A stretch of 53,359 nucleotides of DNA. Source: an uncultured Bacilli bacterium (GTDB taxonomy: Bacteria; Bacillota_I; Bacilli_A; RF39; UBA660). Positions 46,159 to 53,359 of this stretch are shown here, piece after piece. The position numbers and the translations under genes were made by a program. The notes below the pieces were generated by a model that saw only the letters and a program-made list of their open reading frames with translations, made no database searches and had not been told where the DNA came from. How positions within the stretch are numbered: position 1 is the stretch's first letter; each line of letters opens with the position of its first letter. Location: NCBI GenBank assembly GCA_944363775.1, contig CALVVE010000001.1, positions 1 through 53,359 on the forward strand, in the 5' to 3' direction.

Positions 46159-47280
46159 ATGAAATTAAAAATTAAACAAAATATATTAATGGAACATTTA
46201 AATTATGTAATAAAAGGAATATCATCTAAAAACTTAATTCCAATTTTAAATTGTATTAAATTTGATTTAACTGATGATGGATTATATTTAATGAGTACTG
46301 ATAATGAAATTGCTATTAAAACATTTATTAGTAAAAATAAAATAGAAGAAATTGAAAAACTTGGTAGTATTGTTGTATCTGGTAGATATATATATGATAT
46401 AGTAAGAAAACTTCCTAATGAATTAATAAATATTGAAGAAGTTGTTGATAATAAAATTACTATTTTTACTAACAATTCTAATTTTCACTTAAATTGTAAT
46501 AATGTTAATGAATTCCCAAGTCTTGATTTAGAAGAACATAAAAATCCAATTGTATTAAAACAAAGAGTGTTTAAAAATATTATTAGTCAAACTGCATTTG
46601 CTACTTCTAATCAAGAATCTCGACCAGTATTAACTGGAATTAATTTTAAAATAGTAGGGGATAAATTAGAATGTACTGCTACAGATTCATATCGTTTAGC
46701 TAAATCTATTATAAATATATCTTCAACACTACCAGAAGATGTAAATATTATAATTCCTACTAAAAATTTATTAGAATTAACAAAATTATTAAATGATGAT
46801 GAGGAAAATATTGAAATGCATATCTTTAATAATAAGATTATATTTAAGTTTTCCACAATTGTAATGATGACTAAATTAATTAATGGTACTTATCCAGATA
46901 CATCTAAGTTAATACCAACAACATTTACTTTAACAATGAAGATTAATTTATCTGCATTCTTTAATTCAATTGATAGAGCTTCATTATTAACAAATGAATC
47001 TGATAAAAATACAATTCATTTAGCTTCCAATAATGATGAAATTGTGGTATCTTCAAATATTCCAGAAATTGGTAACGTTGAAGAAACATTAAATGTAACA
47101 AAAAATAATGAAAATGAAATTAAAATTGCTTTTAGTTCAAAATATATGCTTGAAGCATTAAAATCATTAGATTGTGAAGAAGTTGAGTTATTATTTAATA
47201 CTGAAATTAGTCCTATAATTATTAAAAATCCAGAAACTGATAATTTAATTCAACTTATTTTACCAATAAGAACTTATTAA
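46159..47280 (+). CDS. dnaN: DNA polymerase III beta sliding clamp
   Basis: 373 aa, three-domain clamp pattern. SRPVLTGINF and ATDSYRLA motifs. RBS AAGGAGA. Confidence 0.95.
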   Translation: MKLKIKQNILMEHLNYVIKGISSKNLIPILNCIKFDLTDDGLYLMSTDNEIAIKTFISKNKIEEIEKLGSIVVSGRYIYDIVRKLPNELINIEEVVDNKITIFTNNSNFHLNCNNVNEFPSLDLEEHKNPIVLKQRVFKNIISQTAFATSNQESRPVLTGINFKIVGDKLECTATDSYRLAKSIINISSTLPEDVNIIIPTKNLLELTKLLNDDEENIEMHIFNNKIIFKFSTIVMMTKLINGTYPDTSKLIPTTFTLTMKINLSAFFNSIDRASLLTNESDKNTIHLASNNDEIVVSSNIPEIGNVEETLNVTKNNENEIKIAFSSKYMLEALKSLDCEEVELLFNTEISPIIIKNPETDNLIQLILPIRTY

Positions 47281-47303
47281 CTATCTTTATGATAGTTTTT
47301 TTT
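47279..47303 (+). terminator. Intrinsic terminator after dnaN
   Basis: AACTATC-TTTAT-GATAGTT followed by a run of 6 T. It overlaps the stop codon. Confidence 0.6.
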
Positions 47304-47365
47304 CGACATTTTTTTAATTTTTATTATGTATAATAACAAGCAAATTTTATGAAAGGGAGAAAAAT

Positions 47366-47821
47366 ATGATTAAAAATTATGAAATTAATGAAGAAACTTT
47401 AGTTGTTTTACCAATTGATAAAAATACTACTAAAGTAATAGAAACAAATGAAAGTTATACTATTGATAAGAATGTTCAAAAGATTATTTCCGAAAGCTGT
47501 GAATACTATGGAAGTTCGTATGAAGGACGTTTAAAAGGTACTAAAGGATTAACTGGTATAAACTATAAAGCACCAATAATAATAGAGGAAAGTTCACAAT
47601 TAATTTTCTTTCCAACATCTTCACCAAGATTAGATAGTTGTACATGGTTAAATTTAAAAAAGGTAATTAATTATGAAAAGACTAAATTAGGAACGTTAGT
47701 AGAATTTCAAAATGGTGAAAAATTTGAGTTAAATATTTCTAAAACTTCATTTCAAAATCAAATATTTCGAGCTGCTATGTTATCACAACGATTAAATGAT
47801 CGAAAAATAAGAAAAAAATAA
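47366..47821 (+). CDS. comK: ComK-family protein (competence transcription factor family), short form
   Basis: By-eye alignment to B. subtilis ComK matches along most of the length. Examples: YEINEETLVVLP vs YEVNGATIAVLP, SCEYYGSSYEGR vs SCRFFGSSYAGR, LIFFPTSSP vs IFLFPTLSS, and SFQNQIFRAA vs SFENQVYRTA. RBS GGGAGA. Confidence 0.8.
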   Translation: MIKNYEINEETLVVLPIDKNTTKVIETNESYTIDKNVQKIISESCEYYGSSYEGRLKGTKGLTGINYKAPIIIEESSQLIFFPTSSPRLDSCTWLNLKKVINYEKTKLGTLVEFQNGEKFELNISKTSFQNQIFRAAMLSQRLNDRKIRKK

Positions 47822-47860
47822 AGTAATTTCTTTGTTTTTTTATATTTAAGGGCGTTTTTA

Positions 47861-47869
47861 TGATATAAT
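47861..47869 (+). promoter_or_regulatory. Extended -10 element (TGATATAAT) upstream of recF
   Basis: Exact TGnTATAAT 78 nt before the recF ATG. No clear -35. Confidence 0.3.
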
Positions 47870-47946
47870 ATTAAATGTGTATAGGAGTACAATGTAACCC
47901 CTTTTTTGTAAGAGAGGCCTAAAAAAATGAAAATTTGGTGATAGTA

Positions 47947-50984
<3,038 letters not shown>

Positions 50985-50994
50985 GAGGTAAAAA

Positions 50995-53359
50995 ATGGAT
51001 AAATTAAAAGATTTACAATTTTCACATGAAATACAAAATTCATTTTTAGATTATGCCATGAGTGTAATTGTTTCTCGTGCTTTACCAGATGCAAGAGACG
51101 GATTAAAACCAGTTCAAAGACGTATTGTTCATGGTATGAATGATTTAGGTGCAACTGCTTCTTCACCATATAAAAAATGTGCACGTATTACTGGTGAAGT
51201 TATGGGTAAATATCACCCACATGGAGATAGTTCAATCTATGAAGCACTAGTTCGTATGGCACAAGATTTCTCTTATCGTTATATGATCGTTGATGGACAC
51301 GGAAACTTTGGTTCAATTGATGGTGATGGTGCAGCAGCTCAACGTTATACAGAAGCAAGAATGTCAAAAATAAGTATGGAACTTGTTAGAGAAATTAATA
51401 AAAATACAGTTGATTTTATTCCAAACTATGATGGTGAAGAAAAAGAACCAGAAGTATTACCTTCTAGATTTCCTAACCTATTAGTAAATGGTTCAACTGG
51501 TATTGCAGTTGGTATGGCTACTAATATTCCACCACATAATTTATCAGAAACAATAGATGGAGTAATTGCTTTAATAGATAATCCAGATATTACACTTGAT
51601 GATTTAATGAAAATTATAAAAGGGCCTGATTTTCCTACAGGTGCAATTATATTAGGAAATAGTGGAATTAAAAAAGCATACGAAACAGGAAAAGGTATTA
51701 TAACAATACGTTCTAAAGCTGAAATTCATGAAGTAAAACCTGGTAAGTCACAAATAATTGTAACAGAAATTCCATATATGGTTAATAAAGCTAGAATGAT
51801 TGAAAGAATAGCTACTTTAGTTAAGGATAAAGTTTTAGATGGAATAACAGATTTACGTGATGAATCAAATCGTGAAGGTATTAGAATTGTTATTGAACTA
51901 AGAAGAGATGCAAATGCCAATGTTGTTTTAAATAACTTATATAAGCATACTGATTTACAAACATCATATGGTATTAATTCTCTTGCTTTAGTTGATGGTG
52001 CTCCTCGTATTTTACCATTAAAAGAAATGTTAGAAGTTTATTTGAATCATCAACGCGAAGTTATAGTAAGAAGAACAAAGTTTGATTTAGATAAAGCTGA
52101 AGCTAGAGTTCATATTTTAGAAGGTTTAAAAATTGCTTTAGATAATATTGATGAAATTGTTCAATTACTTAAAAAAGCTAAAAATGATCAAGAAGCAACA
52201 GAACAATTAATAAGTAGATTTGGTTTAACTGAAATTCAAGCCAAAGCTATCTTAGAAATGCGTTTAAGAAGATTAACTGGTTTAGAAAGAGAAAAAATTG
52301 AATCTGAATTGAGCGAATTAGAAAAATTAATTGAAGAATTAAAATCTATATTAGCTAATGGTGAAAAAGTTCTTGCTATTATTAAAGAAGAATTAACAGA
52401 AATAAAAAATAAATATGGAGATGAAAGAAGAACAACAATAGATATGACTGCTATTGATTATATTGAAGATGAATCTTTAATTCCTGTAGAAAATATTGTT
52501 GTTACTTTAACAAATAAAGGATATATTAAACGTGTAACTACTGAAACATATCGTTCACAAAATCGTGGTGGAGTTGGTGTTAAAGGTATGGCAACAAATG
52601 AAGAAGATTTTGTAGAAAATATTATTTCAATGACTACACATGATTATTTATTATTCTTTACAAATAAAGGAAAAGTTTATAGAATTAAAGGATATGAAGT
52701 TCCATTATATGGAAGACAATCTAAAGGATTACCAATTATTAACTTATTGCAAATTGAAAAAGATGAAGTAGTTAAAGTTATGCTAAAAGTAGCAAATAAC
52801 GAAGAAAATGACTTTGTGTTATTTTGTACGCAAAATGGCATTATTAAAAGAACTAATATTAAAGAATTTGATAATATTAGAAAAACTGGTAAATTAGCAA
52901 TAACTTTAAAAGAAAATGATGAATTAATTTCAGTTAAGAAAACAAATGGTAATAATGAAGTTCTTATTGCTGCATCAAATGGACGTATGGTTCGTTTCAA
53001 TGAAACTGAAGTTAGAATAATGGGACGTAGTGCATCTGGTGTAAAAGGAATTGATATTGAAGATGGAATTTGTGTTGGTTGCGAAGTTGCTAATGAAAGT
53101 TCTAATATTTTAGTTGTAACTGAAAATGGTTATGGTAAAAAGACTGTATTAGATGAATATAGAAAAACACACCGTGGTAGTAAAGGTGTTAAAGCATTAA
53201 ATATTACAGAAAAGAATGGTAATTTAGTAGCGTTTAAAACTATAAACGGTGATGAAGATTTAATGATTATTACAAATAATGGAATTATTATTAGATTACC
53301 AATCGAGCAAATTTCACAAACTGGTCGTGTTGCTCAAGGTGTTAGACTTATTAACTTAA
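50995..53359 (+). CDS. gyrA: DNA gyrase subunit A, 5' partial in the window (runs off the right edge)
   Basis: ATG 50995 behind AGGAGG. The translation reads [50 protein letters not shown]...[19 protein letters not shown], the QRDR region. The frame stays open to the end of the window. It is absent from the ORF track because it has no stop codon. Confidence 0.96.
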   Translation, partial: MDKLKDLQFSHEIQNSFLDYAMSVIVSRALPDARDGLKPVQRRIVHGMNDLGATASSPYKKCARITGEVMGKYHPHGDSSIYEALVRMAQDFSYRYMIVDGHGNFGSIDGDGAAAQRYTEARMSKISMELVREINKNTVDFIPNYDGEEKEPEVLPSRFPNLLVNGSTGIAVGMATNIPPHNLSETIDGVIALIDNPDITLDDLMKIIKGPDFPTGAIILGNSGIKKAYETGKGIITIRSKAEIHEVKPGKSQIIVTEIPYMVNKARMIERIATLVKDKVLDGITDLRDESNREGIRIVIELRRDANANVVLNNLYKHTDLQTSYGINSLALVDGAPRILPLKEMLEVYLNHQREVIVRRTKFDLDKAEARVHILEGLKIALDNIDEIVQLLKKAKNDQEATEQLISRFGLTEIQAKAILEMRLRRLTGLEREKIESELSELEKLIEELKSILANGEKVLAIIKEELTEIKNKYGDERRTTIDMTAIDYIEDESLIPVENIVVTLTNKGYIKRVTTETYRSQNRGGVGVKGMATNEEDFVENIISMTTHDYLLFFTNKGKVYRIKGYEVPLYGRQSKGLPIINLLQIEKDEVVKVMLKVANNEENDFVLFCTQNGIIKRTNIKEFDNIRKTGKLAITLKENDELISVKKTNGNNEVLIAASNGRMVRFNETEVRIMGRSASGVKGIDIEDGICVGCEVANESSNILVVTENGYGKKTVLDEYRKTHRGSKGVKALNITEKNGNLVAFKTINGDEDLMIITNNGIIIRLPIEQISQTGRVAQGVRLINL

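Noticed and set aside
47875-47922. A 15-codon ORF (MCIGVQCNPFFVREA) just downstream of the TGATATAAT element in the comK-recF spacer.
   Set aside because: It has no RBS. It would have to be leaderless, and nothing in the sequence distinguishes it from chance. It is more likely just recF leader sequence.

Overview
This is a strongly AT-rich, Bacillota-type chromosome segment centred on the replication origin. I saw no UGA read-through, so the code looks standard. Nearly every gene left of about 44.3 kb is on the minus strand and every gene to the right is on the plus strand. The switch falls at a bipartite oriC, with dense TTTTCCACA DnaA-box clusters on both sides of dnaA.

The content is mostly conserved core genes:
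- rpmH-rnpA-yidC-jag-mnmE-mnmG-rsmG-parB on the left, and dnaA-dnaN-recF-gyrB-gyrA on the right.
- dnaB-rplI, whiA-yvcK, trxB, lgt, uvrB, murA, fba, rpmE and typA.
- Endospore genes spoIID, a spoIIQ-like gene, spoIIID and spoIIR.

I found no rRNA, tRNA, CRISPR array, transposase or integrase, and no convincing multi-gene novel system.

The most unusual items are single genes or local architectures:
- A ParB-like protein with a roughly 400-aa Asn/Pro/Gln-rich tail and no adjacent ParA.
- A radical SAM/SPASM gene tightly coupled to uvrB where uvrA usually sits.
- A ComK-family gene between dnaN and recF.
- Orphan proteins of 369, 391, 247 and 129 aa.
- Several apparently catalytically degenerate enzyme-like proteins.

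All product calls come from motif and by-eye homology recognition of the supplied translations. No database search was run.
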